64,000 bases of DNA from positions 37,758,001 to 37,822,000 of the forward strand of contig NC_087438.1 in NCBI RefSeq assembly GCF_036321535.1, read 5' to 3'. Below the pieces are notes generated by a model that saw nothing but the letters and a program-made list of their open reading frames with translations, was not told the DNA's origin and did no database searches. Made by a program: the position numbers and the translations under genes. Positions within the stretch are counted from its first letter, which is position 1. Each line of letters opens with the position of its first letter. Origin of the DNA: Camelus dromedarius. Taxonomy: Eukaryota. Positions 46,341-59,340 of this stretch are shown in pieces.

Positions 46341-48209
46341 GATGTGATGCACATGTGTTGTGCTGGGGATAAGGGAAACCAGCCTTGTGATCTTTCAAAC
46401 TGAGGAAGGCTTCACTGGACCATGTCATCTCCCCTTAATTATCTTCTTGTCTTTAAGGAGCTTTTCTGAGATAAAAATAGATGTTCATGCTCTATTCTTC
46501 TCTTGACCCTCATGAAACTAGATCCTAGTCACTTGGGCCTTGGCTAATATTGTTGTAACAAATCCCAGCCCCTCCATAATTGTATCAAGAGTAAGAAGTA
46601 CAGGAACCTCAGGAATGTGGCCTCTTCCTCACTGTTCTTCAATATGCCCTGCACATGCATCTAATTGGCCAGACCAAAAATGATCCCGACTCTTGGTGTG
46701 CTTTGCCATTTTCCCTGATGGATGTGGTCACATCTGGCCCATATGCCTGGAGATGTTGACCTCTCCCTCTAAAAGGTGTGAATCCCTCCACGTGCTATAT
46801 ACAACCTGTCTTTTCTGTCCAAGTTCAGAAGCAAAAGAAGAGGAATAAATAACACTGGAACAGGTGGAACTTGAGGACAATACTTTTTTAGGTTATTTGA
46901 GCTAAGTGTGAATTACACTATTTCTGCCATCTTTAATCCCTGGGAGGTCTGCAAAATGAGGAGTTATAACATACTAACAGTGGAAGCCAAAGTTTTCACC
47001 GCAGAAAGGGTCCCAAGTGTCAGGGTTTACTATGTTTACTGTGAAGGACCGTTCTCTTGTCCTCTGTTTTTCTTCCTAGTTTTGTCTTCCACACTCTCTG
47101 CCTACCTTATGATCAGAAAGCTACTAATCACTATGTAAGGAAAAAAGCTATTGAGGTTACCGTGAGAAAGATGTGGTTATACCTCTAGTGGAAGGAGTGG
47201 CACGAGTTTATATACTTTAATTTCTCTTTACATCAATGAGGTAAGAGTCCATACCTATATTTTACATCTTACCACGTGACAGATGTAAGTTTGAATATAC
47301 TTATTTTCTTATGGGCCCTACTTTTATTTCTAGGAGACATTGTCTCACTCTTTGGCATTGATGGATCCTTATGAAAGGGTTTCTTACTTCCTAGTCTCTA
47401 ATTTAATCTAGTCTCTTTTCAGAGGATCTGTGAGAAGCACCATGGTGGAAAGTGCTTGGACTGTTTCAAAGCTCTCAATCCAGAAGCTGGAGGCTACTCT
47501 CCTCATTTCAGAGTCATCCCTCCCATGTGTGGACACTAAACACTATCCTCAGGCGTTAAGTGTACTTTAGGAGAGGGATTATGCAAAGTGTGTCCCCCTA
47601 TTTGTCTAACTTACTAATGAATCCTCTACTTGCAACTTCAAATTATGGAAATCCAGAGGGAGTTATATAATAATAGAGTGGTCTTCATATGAAGCATGCC
47701 AGTTTTAATAATTTTATTCTCTCTATGGTAAAAGCCTTGATAGTCTCCAGTAAGGGAACTTACTTGACCAATAATCAGACAACCAGGCTTGAAAAATGTT
47801 GAAGGCATTAAAAGGATAAAATTTATTGTAATGGGCCATGACAGTCATTGTTTGGGGCTGCTCAGAAAGTCTTCCCATTACGATTTTTAAACATAATGTT
47901 ACTTGGCCTACTCTTGCCCACCTGTTCCAATGACCAACTTCTCAGGCCTTGCCACAGAGGTAGGGAAGTGACTCAGGCCTGACCCATTTCATTCCTTTCG
48001 ATTCTGGGATTGGTCCAGCAAAAGACATGCTATTCAAACCAAGCAGTCAGAGAGACTGACTATTGAGCTTCCTTCCAGAAGTAGGAGTGTTCTTGTCTCT
48101 TAAATCACATACTAGGAGGGCACAAAGTTGGGGCTTTGAGGTGCCGTCTTCTCTATCATACTGAGGAGACTGTCTTCAGCAAGAAGGAAGGAAGTCAAGC
48201 AGATAAACC

Positions 48210-48350
48210 CCCCTCCACTACTTACTAGCCTGGACCTTGGGCAAATTGGTCACTCTCTGTGCCTCAGTTTCCTCTCTTTAAAATGGGACTAATAAGAGCA
48301 CTTCCTCAGCAGACCTCTTGTGAGCACAAATAACATGCATATATACCATC
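48210..48350 (+). mobile_element. MIR SINE
   Basis: CACTACTTACTAGCCTGGACCTTGGGCAAATT...CTCTCTGTGCCTCAGTTTCCTC...AAAATGGGACTAATAA. Confidence 0.85.
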
Positions 48351-48769
48351 AACCACCACACTAAACATCAGCCTTTGGTTTTGCTCAGAAAAGCTAGGAC
48401 TCTCAAATACAGCACCAGTAGTGTAAGCAGGCCATAAATTAAACTCTTTGTTTCAAATCTTGCTTGGTGACCTCTTTCTTTGATGGGTGGAATAAGGAAT
48501 ATTGCTGAAAGAATATTAGGACACCCAGGCTATTGAAACTCTGATCTCTCCTGGCTCATAGCTGTTACTTGACATTTATGGTTATAGATCTATTGTTTTG
48601 TCTTGAACATTGTCCTCTCCCTTTGACTTATTTTAATATTACAAATGCTTTTGTTGCTAAGGTAACTCCTTAATTCTAAAACTTTATGTAATTCAGTAAA
48701 TCAAATAACCTATATCCTCAACCAAAGGAGCATGTTGAGGTTGAGGTAGGGAATACATTGTAGTAGCCA

Positions 48770-49210
48770 AATGATGGGCTTTGAAAGTGGACAGTCCTTC
48801 CTTGTGCTTTTGAAAACATTCTTTATTGTTTCTAAATGTCATCTGTAAAACGCAGGAGTAAAATCTGCCTCACAAAGTTACACTGAGGGTAAATAACAAG
48901 GTGAGAATGTGACGTCTAGCACACTTGAATGCTAACCCTGCTTTGCTAGATGAATCGACACTAACTAGATGGTATAGTCTTGGGGGAGTTTCTTCCCTCC
49001 ATGATCCTTAGCTGCTTCATTAGTAAGATGCATATTAACACCCACTTCACAGATGTAAGTAGGAAATGAGGTAACATGTAAAAAATGCCTAGTGCCAGCC
49101 CTGGCCTGTAGGAAGTGCATAGTGAATAGTAATCTACTTTTGTTAAGGTCTATGAATAACTAAGTACAGTGCCTCAAACACATTAGATGTCCAATAAATA
49201 TTTATTTGCT
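48770..49210 (+). mobile_element. Two MIR fragments followed by an L2 tail
   Basis: GTCATCTGTAAAACGCAGGAG; CACCCACTTCACAG...AAATGAGGTAACATGTAAAAAATGCCTAG; GTACAGTGCCTCAAACACATTAGATGTCCAATAAATATTT. Confidence 0.65.
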
Positions 49211-49275
49211 CATCCTCCTCCCATCTTCAGCCACTGAGTGTTGGAAGCAGCAGGCATTGAGAGAGAGGCAGAGAG

Positions 49276-49695
49276 CCAGCGATGTGCTGAACCTGGCTTG
49301 CCCAGCTTGCAAGGACCAACTGTAAACTTTGTAAAAATTTGTGAGCCAGTTTTTAAACACTTTCATTATTCAAAACTGAATGATATAAACGTACAATTAA
49401 GTAAGTTATATTAAAAACAAAGGCAGTAAATACTAAAACTTATCACTTTCTAATTTTTTTTAACTACACTGTCCTATTATGTTTTTGAGGTTATTTGTAC
49501 CTACTCTGTCTGTGGGGGGAAATAGAGTGGTATGTTACTGCACATCTGTCCCAGTTCCATGTTTAGACATCATGTTAGTAGCTTGAAATCAGCTGTGTCA
49601 GCAGTCTTTACACCGTGGAAACTGGCACGTGCAACACGTTAGAGTGTTTTTCCCTCAGAGAGCCAGTAGTGAAGTATGCCCTGGCACAACTCTGG
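49276..49695. mobile_element. MER63-family hAT-Blackjack element
   Basis: TIR-like CCAGCGATGTGCTG / CTGGCACAACTCTGG; internal GTTAGTAGCTTGAAATCAGC...TTTACACCGTGGAAACTGGCA...CAGAGAGCCAGT. Confidence 0.85.
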
Positions 49696-52282
49696 GAGGG
49701 CATTCAGTGAGTACCCAAGAGGGAGGCTTCTCTGTTCACAGAACTTCAGAGTCTACATCAGGCTGCTTTTGGTTCTGAAATGACAACCTTATTCAGTAGA
49801 AATGTTCCAGCCTTTGAAAAAGTGGTATTTTAAAAATAAGGCAGAGAGGTTATACCTGGGTTCTGATCCAGTGGGTTTGTGAGGGCTGCAGAATTGGAGT
49901 ACCAGGTACTGTGTGTCATTGAGAAAGGAGATTCCCAAAGCCTCAGGCACCCTCTGCTTCATTTTGATAAAAAAGAAAGGTAGATGACAAACATGTTACC
50001 ACTTAAAATAGTCATAGACTAGTCTAGTCATAGGCTTTTAAATAAAGACTTGGATAATTAGAGCTGAAAATACTTGTAATTTTAAAATGAGAAGAATAAG
50101 TACTCTGTTTTTGTCTTATAGTTGCTGCATTATAAAATCCAACAGTTATCTGGTTTTAATTGTTATACCTAATGAAAAAGGAGATAAAGATGAAAAGAAG
50201 AGGGAAAAAGAAGAGGATCAAAGAGCATCAATTTCAGACAGAGTTTAGAACAAAGATATTGAAGTGCCTATTAAGTCATAATTTTGATATTTAGATTATT
50301 GAGAAAAAGAGTCGTGGATGGTTCTCAGCTAAATGTATTCTTAGAGCTTTTTACATAATTCAGGGTGTCTACCAGAACAGTAATAAAGCACATAGAATGT
50401 AATTAGAATGGCTAAATTGTAGACGATGAACTGCTATTCCTCTAGCATAAAAAGTTAGACCCAAATATTACCCCAAAGTCTGAGAACACGTACAATATTT
50501 GTTAAGTTCCACACTTTTCAAATTGAGTCACTTCTTTTCACCTTCATGAGATGAATTGTTATGAAAAGTCCATTGTAACACAAGGTAGACCTTTCTTCAT
50601 GTTAGACATGTCCTAGAATGGACCCAGTGAGTGAGTGATGCTTGATGTGAGGTGGGCACCTTTGTAGATTATTGAGCAGAGTGATTTCCAAAGGCTGGGG
50701 ACATGATAAAAGTGGACCCCGGCTGCATGCCATTTTGTATTACTAGAGTCGTGTATGGCTAGTATAAACATGGCACAACTTTGCTGTGCACACAGTCCTG
50801 CTTATGTCTATAATAGAACTGCCACTCTATATCGTGAGAGAAGTGTTTTCAGGGTGTTACCAGCTTTCAGGGAATTTTCCAACCTGTGTTTATTCTGTGA
50901 TATACTACTGGTATAAACAGGCCAGGTTGTAGAAAATAAAGTCAGATGTCAGTGAAACCAGGACCACAGTGGCTTCATTCCCTGCCCCAGTCTCCCATTC
51001 TCTTAAAAAAATGTTAACCAGCTACAGATCAATGATATTTATATGCTCACATAGAGCATAAAACTTATAGTTTTATTATGCTGTGCTGTTGACAGCCTGA
51101 TGGTCCTCATCTGTATCCCCATGCAGAGAAATCTGCTCACCTTCATAATTCATATACTTTTAGGTTAAATACTGAAAGACACTGATGAGATTGCAAGATA
51201 AATTTTATTCTCGTGAAAATCTGTTACATTTCTTCCAGCTATCTCTTTTCATTTGTGCAAAAGTCTTACACTGGACATTGTTGCGTTCTGTTTTGGCTTA
51301 CCGGCTTTGTCATGAATCTCTGTAACTCTCCTAGCGGGAGTCACCCTGACCTGAAGACAAGGTAGATTGATTTTCATTCCTGTTCCACTCTTTGGTTTCT
51401 CAGGGACTTCCACGACCAGGACCATCTCTGGTTCTGAGTTCTTTCTTCCCCTGAGTTAACGTAGCTTGGAGAGTCTCACTTAGCACCTTAGTCTTTTGCT
51501 AGTACACACACACAGACACACACTCACATACATGCCCACCCATGCACAAGCACAACAAACAGGAGACAGCAGACTCTATTGAAAATCTGGGAGAAAAGTG
51601 CAGGGATTGATGTTGAGACCCACAAACCAAAGTCACTTAAAACTCAGTCTTAGCTATTCCTGTCATCAAAAATCATTCAGCATTCCACCATGTTATTTGT
51701 GTATTCTTGTTCTCTGAGCTCTCGTGTACTTTTTCTTCTCTTCTCTTCTCTCCTCCATTTCTTTTCACTCCCAAATTCTATTTATTTCTAACCCAGCAGG
51801 CTTTATGTCTCCTTCTTGGTATCTGATCTTCTAATGACCCAACTTTTGTCCCAAGCACCTTATTTAGGTGCCCCTGTCTTAAAAAGCACCCTGTTATCTC
51901 TTTAAGAGAACGTGTAGCTCTTAACTGTCATTATAATAATTTTAACCCTCCCACATAAACATGAGTTAGTCATACAAAGTTAATAAATAGCTTAACACAC
52001 AAGTTGTCCAAAGAGTTATATAAATGAGCTTCACTGCTGTGTGTATGTGAATATTTGTTCTCATGTATAGAAATAGCCATAGGCGGTGCATTCATTGATA
52101 AAAAATGTTTATGAAGGTTCCCAGGTGTTTAGTGTCATAGAATCCTGCTGGACCATATGGTGCCTTCACCACTCTCTCCTACAATGTTTCTTTCCTTCTT
52201 GGGACTATCTGAAATAGAGGAAAAATAATAACTTGAGATCTTTGGAGAAGTTCACTTAATAAAACCATAGTAAATGCCATGT

Positions 52283-52510
52283 ACAGAGCATGGACTTCAA
52301 AGTGAAGCATTACCTGCAGTTGAATCCTCACTCTGCCATTTACTTAGCTCTGTGCCCGTGAACTAATTGCCTGAGCCTCGATAATTCTAAAATTGATGAT
52401 CAAGTGCCTACTTCAAAAGATTATATTAAAAATTAAAATAAAAATAAACTAAGTTAAAATTCTTAATACCATGCCTGTATACAGTATTTAATAAATATTG
52501 GTTATTGTTA
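52283..52510 (+). mobile_element. MIR SINE
   Basis: GTTGAATCCTCACTCTGCCATTTACTTAGCTCTGTG...TTTAATAAATATTGGTTATT. Confidence 0.8.
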
Positions 52511-55500
52511 TTAGTTTTATTAAAATACCAAGCATGTTGTGGATCAACTACGTAGAGGCGGAGAGAATTCCTCTGAGCCCTCACTCTGCAAAAGCCATTC
52601 TCCTCCCTGCAGCATGGATTCTTTAGTCCTTCTATGTAGGAAGACTAATGTCATTTTGCTTCTTTGCATTATTTGGCAGCTCCTCACACTGGATCTTAGA
52701 AGTAGCCAGAAATTCCTTTTCTTTCCCACCTTGGCCAAACCATCATTCTCCTTTGGATAGTGCCTCTAGCGAGGACCAGCACTGTCTTCCTTCTGCAGTT
52801 CCTTCAGAGGCAGAGATGAGGGGATGCAGTTCCCTTCAGTTCTTAGCACAGATGACCCAGCTGCTAAATGATAAGTACTAATTATTATTTTCTGTTTCCC
52901 CCCTATTGCTATTATGACCCCATTTTAAACCAGAGCCCACTGTCAGTTGCACACGCAGTAAAGCTGGAAGGCTGCTAGCCCCAGAATTTCAGTTGTTTTG
53001 TTCACTTTTCTGGAATAAACTCATTGACTCCTCATGTTTTTGTTTAGCAAGGGAAAAAGACAGAAAATTTGTTTTAGAATAAAATATCAAGTTGATCTAG
53101 AATACGCAAGAGCATAGAGGACAAAAGTTGAACATGTAAAATGTTGGAAAAGTAAAAATTCTGTCAGCAAAGAGAGACCTCTTCACACCATAGAGGAAAG
53201 AAACCCAATTTATTATTAAATAAACAGTACATAGTCCTCCAGAGACTACAAAGTCACTATAACATTTCACACAATTATATACAGCAAAGCAGATACAAAG
53301 TTCATTGGGAATTGAGGGAGGTGTTTATTTAGTTAATTGTTCTTTTCTGAAAGAATAATATAACCTATCTCCTAAAGAGACAGGGGTTATATCATGAGAT
53401 AAACTCCTAGGCTAATTCTGGTCTGGATGTTTACATTTCCAGGGTTTATGAGATCCTAGACCTTGGAGAAATCTCTTTATTGTAAAACTGGAAACTAGTT
53501 GTATCTGCCCCTGGAGAGATTTAGTTACCTTTCAAAGGCCAAGTATGTCTTCAAGGAGATCTTCCCAGAGAGGAGGAACAGGTAAGAAGGGAAGAGGAGG
53601 TAGCTGCCAATACTACCTGTTTTTATACAGACTCCGCGAATCATCACTTTAACACACAATAGAGTTGAAAGGTGCCTTTAACCTCAGTGCTTCCATTCAA
53701 GCTGGCTCCTTTTTTGATGAGCTCTTCCATTAAATAGTGTTTTAAGGAGCTTGTGAATGTCTTACTGTCAAAAATATATTGATAAAAAAATAGATTTGGT
53801 TTTCTCCTTGTTAAAATGAGAAGTATTTGGTCTTTTCTTAACAAGGGATGGTAAATCTATACTTGATCTACTGTGTAAATTGCCCACATAGCAGAGAGGA
53901 TGACTCTCAAGAGAAATGTTTTTTGTATTTTGTTGACTTTACATTCCTAATTATCAAAAAAGATAAATAAGGGAAGCTTCTCAATTCAAAAAGAAGCTAG
54001 GATTATTTAACAGTGCTTTTACTTCTTCTACATGTATTTTAAAATATGTTATTGTCCTTTTAACAGGTAGTTAGGCTACAGCCATTTGTTCTTATCAGGG
54101 ACCCATCCTGCTGTGGTTGCCAAGTGACCAAATATCCTCTCAAAGTCATTTTGATTTGGCCTTCCTAAGATCAGATCCTACGTTTGGGAAAGTTAAATTC
54201 TCAAATATCCTTTGAAATTAAAACTATCTTTGAGATTTCCCTGCAGGCTCCCAGAAAACTGCAAGGATTTGGCACTTTATCTGTGAAAAGAAGGATGAGA
54301 AAAAGCATTAGTTTGGTAAGCTCAATATTTTTTAATTAGCTCAACACTCTTGTGGGAGCTGCATGGGAAGAGCTGTAAATCAAAGAAGAAGCTTGGCCTT
54401 CCCTGCCATTGATTTTGTAGATAATATGTTATTAATAGAAATGTTTCAAAGCATGTAGACCTTACAGAATGGATTTGGAGGGCCTTGGCACCCTCACTGT
54501 CCTCACTGGCTGTGATGTTCTTCCCTTCAGGAGAAACATTGTTCAGGCCCTGATCAGAGAGCTGTGTCTTGCATCCAAGTGGAAAATTTTGTTTTCTTCC
54601 ATTTTGTCATTGTTCGTTACTGTAATAGATTAACTGCAGTCCTTCAATCTCATAAAGAAGTAGCTCTGCTTTTTCATGGTTGCTTGTCTGAAGGCCCTGA
54701 TATATGCTTCAGGTTAGAATTTGTTTTTTAACCAAATAGAATATTCTCAGAGCTCTGTGAAAAGGACTATATCAGATATTCCTAACTATTAATATTTCAG
54801 TGAAAAAATGTGGGTGTAGGTTTCAAAGCTGATAGAAATTTTTTAGGTAACTTTCTGAACATACCAGCAAATTGAGTCTTTTTAGGCAAAAGAAATGATT
54901 CCGTTAAAACAGACTGCTAACTCAAGATCTAGAACAAGAATTGCTTACATAAAACTGAATCAAAACTGATGAAGACAAATTAACTGTGATTATTTCTTTG
55001 AGTATTATTGATATTGTTTAAATGTTCTATTTTACAATTGGTGTATAAGGAAGCACCTCACCTTTCTTCTTTATTTATTGCTAACCCTCCATTTAGTAGA
55101 CCATGTTTTTGTAACTAAACTGAAACATTTTAAAAAAATCCTGTCTGATTGTTACCAGTTCCTCAGAATTCTGAAATAAATACTAGGCTTCATTACTTTT
55201 CATAGCAACATATTTATTTGCAGAGATTCAGTACGAATCTGTTCTCTTATTTACCAAGATATAAATGGACAAATTGATTGTGCAAGTGACACAGTTGGTG
55301 TGTCATATTAGAGAGGAATACACATTTAACCAGCTATGAGAAGCTCACCATTAAGGGACAGGGGTTGACTATATGTGAAGTTAATGCCTACAAAGTCCTC
55401 CAAGGAAAAGAGGCCTCGTACTTGGCTCTCAGGATTCTGGCTTCCCAGGTGATGAGGAAGATCACTTCCTGGCAGGCCAGGGACCTTGGCTTCTTTTAGG

Positions 55501-58109
55501 AAGTTTGAGGAGAGAGAAGCAGGTGAAAAAAGACTCCTGGGCTTGACTTCCTATCCTTGGGTAGAAAAGCAGATAATTAGAAGTGTTGAAAAGTCAAATC
55601 TGAGATTATTTATGAAAATTCTCAGGAAGAAGTTAATCCTCTGGCCTCAGCAGTTGCTCAATACCAAACAGCCCCAGGTTTGCTGAGGAAACTCAAGGAG
55701 GCTCACCAGAGTCATTAACTCTTCTTGCTCTTTATTATAGAAATAATCAGCCAACATATGAGACTGGCCTTTTTGTATATAATCAAGAATATTCTAGTTA
55801 TTTATGACCAAAATGGGAGACTATTAGATAAGTATTATCCAAAACCTAAAAATTAGTCAAAAATGAGGGAGGCATACCCTTTGTTTTTTAACAAGTTTTT
55901 TAACCGGATGATTGTTTAATTCTCTAGGGGCATGCACTTGTATTTTGTTGTTTACTATTTAATTTGGCCCCCAAACATGTTAATTGTATATTTATGTCCA
56001 GTAGGAAAAATAACCTCTCCTCTCTTTCTCTCTCTCTCTTTTCTCCCTCCCTCTCTTCCTTATCTTTCCTGTCTTTATTTCATTTCTTTTCTTTTTTAAT
56101 GTTTGTAAATATCCAGTTCCTCAAATGCCTTTGGCACTAGCTTTGCCATCTTATCAGTTTCTTCATTATTAAATTTTTTACATGTGTAAATTTTATATTT
56201 AGAGGAAAGTCATTTCTTAAACTTCCTATAACTTTGATACTCTCAAATTACAAACATAAGAATCTGTTTTGACTCTGAGCACAGCCTCTTCTGCATTCCT
56301 CCTGCAAATGAAAAAAAAACTGTGGACATTTACCTGTATTTGAATTTATAATATTGTTTTCCTGCTTCTAAAAAAGGAGATGAGGTAGTTTACATTTAAA
56401 ATGACAGTGTGGCATGTCTGAATTTGAAAAATGTCTGAGCAGGGCTGGCAAATAAGGGGGAGATACCCATCAGAATACCCATCGTCTTCATGATGATCTA
56501 ACAAACTTTTTGATACCTAGTAGATACTTTTTGTGCCTAGTAGACCAGGCACAGCTGGTCTTATACTTTCAGAATATCAGCATTTTCAGTGGTGGCATCT
56601 GTACTGGCACCCAGTGGAGTGGATGGTACCCAGTAGGAGCTGGTGAACCCAGAAGGAGAGAGTAGTAACTACTAGAAGTGATGGTGGTGCTTAACATGGT
56701 GGTGGTGCCCACACAGCGGGAGCAACCTTTGAAGGGGACAGCTGGTCCGTTGGCACTGGAGGCAGTTGGGAAAGGAGTCAAGCTAATGTAGTCCAAATGC
56801 ATTCCTTATTAGAACTTGCTAGGAGAAAACTTGGCATAAGTATTGCTTTAATGATGTCTCTTAATATCATTAATCTGAAATCCATGTTTGACAGGAGTTC
56901 TCTGGAGAAGGACCGAGGGCAGTTCTTTTGAGTTTTATTGTTATTTGTAAAGAAACACGTGTGCTTTCAACACTGAGGCAGCAGTGTTGTTATTCTGTTT
57001 GGAAATTAAGGAGCCTGAATGTTTTTGCCTAAACAGAGTACAGATCTCCTCCTGTAGGAGGTGAGTCACAGCATACCTACAGGTGGAGCCAACAAAATCT
57101 TCAGAAAAGAGATAAAAATCTATTCAAAAGTGCAAACATTGAAGCTGGGAAACAATCTCCTATCTGTGGTTTAGAGATCACTTGATAATTTGGATGTCTA
57201 CAGATAGGAATTTTTTTCCTTTTTCTCTTTATATTTTAGAAATGGGAGAAAATAAAGTTGTTCATGGGCCTATTCAATTAAACTGACAAACACGCTGCAT
57301 TACCTGAAAGAAAATTAGATAGGTTTAGCAATTACTAGAGAGGGTCCTATTAACATTCTTCTGGGAGCTCAAAGCATGTAAGGTGTTGTTAATGACAATG
57401 AGAGTACATATTGCAACTGTGGAAAGTGCAAGGGGTTTGCTAAGTGAAAGTTATCGAATAACCTCCACTGTTGAGGGAATGGTTTCAGTCCTAAGTATTT
57501 CTGTTGTTTTCCTCTAACCAAGTGTAGACTACCAAGAACAAAGTGAAAACAGTAAGTAAAAATAGTTTAATGGGAGCCCAATGTTTTGAGCTTCCTTTGA
57601 CTTAAAGGCATTATCAAACCCATTTGTTTAGAGACACAAATTCTGTTTCTGAGAAAACTCTGAATTACTGATTGAATTACCGTTTGAATTACCTCCCATC
57701 TGCTAAAATATGTAGTGAATGTTGTACCTAAACAATGCTGGATTTTAGAGACTGCAGGATTGTGGGCCAGCTAGTGAGATAGGGGAAATAGCAAGCTAAA
57801 ACCATTTTTTTTTTGGTCAAATACAGTGATGTTTTAGAGGGTTGTATCTTTCATGACTAAGGGTGGGAGAAAGCTTCTGACTGGAGTGAGAAAGGGGGTG
57901 GGATGGCCTGGGAAGAAACTGTCAGTCTACTGTTCACATCCATAATTACTCAGGTATTGTATGATCACCTAAACTCAGTGTCATGAAAGAGAGATCAAGG
58001 GGAAATTCCTGTTAGATATTTTAAAACAAAGTCTGTAAACATTCTTTTTGTCTTGCATGGTACTCAAAGTTTTTGCATAAAAAGGAGATGGAATTTTGAT
58101 AGAATCCAT

Positions 58110-58262
58110 AAATCATAATACATTTGATCAGGGTGGGAGAGGCTCTGAGAGAGCTGGTCCATCTGTTCCATAAAAAGATAAAGTTCAGAGAGAAGATGTG
58201 CTAGGGGTCCCCCATTAACTCAGTTACAGAGCCAGGACAGGAGCCTAAGTTTCTGGATTCAT
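58110..58262 (-). mobile_element. MIR3/MIRc fragment
   Basis: AATCATAATACATTTGA...GGTCC...AAAGTTCAGAGAG...CAGAGCCAGGACAGGAGCCTAAG. Confidence 0.5.
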
Positions 58263-59029
58263 CAATAACATTTCTTTGCCAGACCATAGTGGAAGACCAA
58301 AGACAGCTGTGCAGGAATCCTAAAACTGTCCAGGTCAACATTTCTTCTTCTCCTCTCTAATCAACCAGGGCAGAGTTAATCTTTCTTGTTGTACATTTTA
58401 TGTAGTAGATTTAGTTATGCCTGTGTCTACATAGATTCTTGCTGCCTTGTGTAAACCAGATTTAGTTCTCTGTAAGTTGGGAAAGTGTCTTTGACTTTCT
58501 TTATCTTAATTTCTTTTTTCCTTCTTCTCCAAATACAGTGAAATGTATTCCATGTCCACCATCTATTTTGATTCAAAATTCTATTAGAGTATTAAATGGT
58601 AAAAGGCAAAAATTTTATGAGTGCCAGATCAGGTCCGAATAGTTGTCTAGACATAAATTCAGAATGTCTGGGAAACAATCTCCTTGGAGCAGCAGATGAT
58701 CCAAGTAAGAAAGATGCTTATATTGATTAGTGCTACCTATTAGGATGATAGGGTAAGGAGTAAAGATGTTTTTTAAGAATTTCAATTGCTGCTTCAAAGA
58801 GACCAAAAGCCACAGAACTGAGATTCAGAGACGGGACAGTACAGTGCATCTTCTTTGGAAGACAGTAACTCTGATGTGTCTGAAATGCAAGGTGTATTAA
58901 AGGCATGCAGAAGGAACTGTCAAAGATAGAAGCCATACTGGAGATGGTCTAGTTTACTGGGTTCTGGAGTTTGAACACTGCCAAAATCACCAATTATTTA
59001 GGTCACACACAGAACAAGATTGAAGTTGT

Positions 59030-59340
59030 TTTGCAGGAATATTAACTGAGCAGCAGTGTGTAGCAGGGACTTACAGGGACAAGAGGAAAATCATAAACAG
59101 CAATTGATAGGCTATTTCAAAAGGCTAGGTGAGAGGCAGTGAACACTTGGGCTAGGGCTTTGATTATGAACCTGGAGGAGACAGAGTGAATATGAATGAC
59201 ACTGTGGAATTAGACTCAGTAGTATTTATTGTCCAGTAAGATGACTGGGAATGGAAAAGGTGGGTCAGAGTAACACCAGTGTTCAAGCTTAAAGTGTTAT
59301 GTTGTTATTAACTATAATGGGAGGGGTTACAGGTAGAGGT
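59030..59340 (-). mobile_element. L2 fragment
   Basis: GGCTATTTCAAAAGGCTAGGTGAGAGGCAGTGAACACTTGGGCTAGG...GTCAGAGTAACACC. Confidence 0.65.

Noticed and set aside
53530-54720. Exon-like reads AKYVFKEIFPERRN (before a CAG|GTAAGA donor) and RNIVQALIRELCLASK (after a CTTCCCTTCAG acceptor)
   Set aside because: Each has only one good splice site, and the peptides are not recognised
57290-57320. Minus-strand TTTTCTTTCAG|GTAATG as a recursive splice site
   Set aside because: Donor half is weak and no long-intron host gene is established
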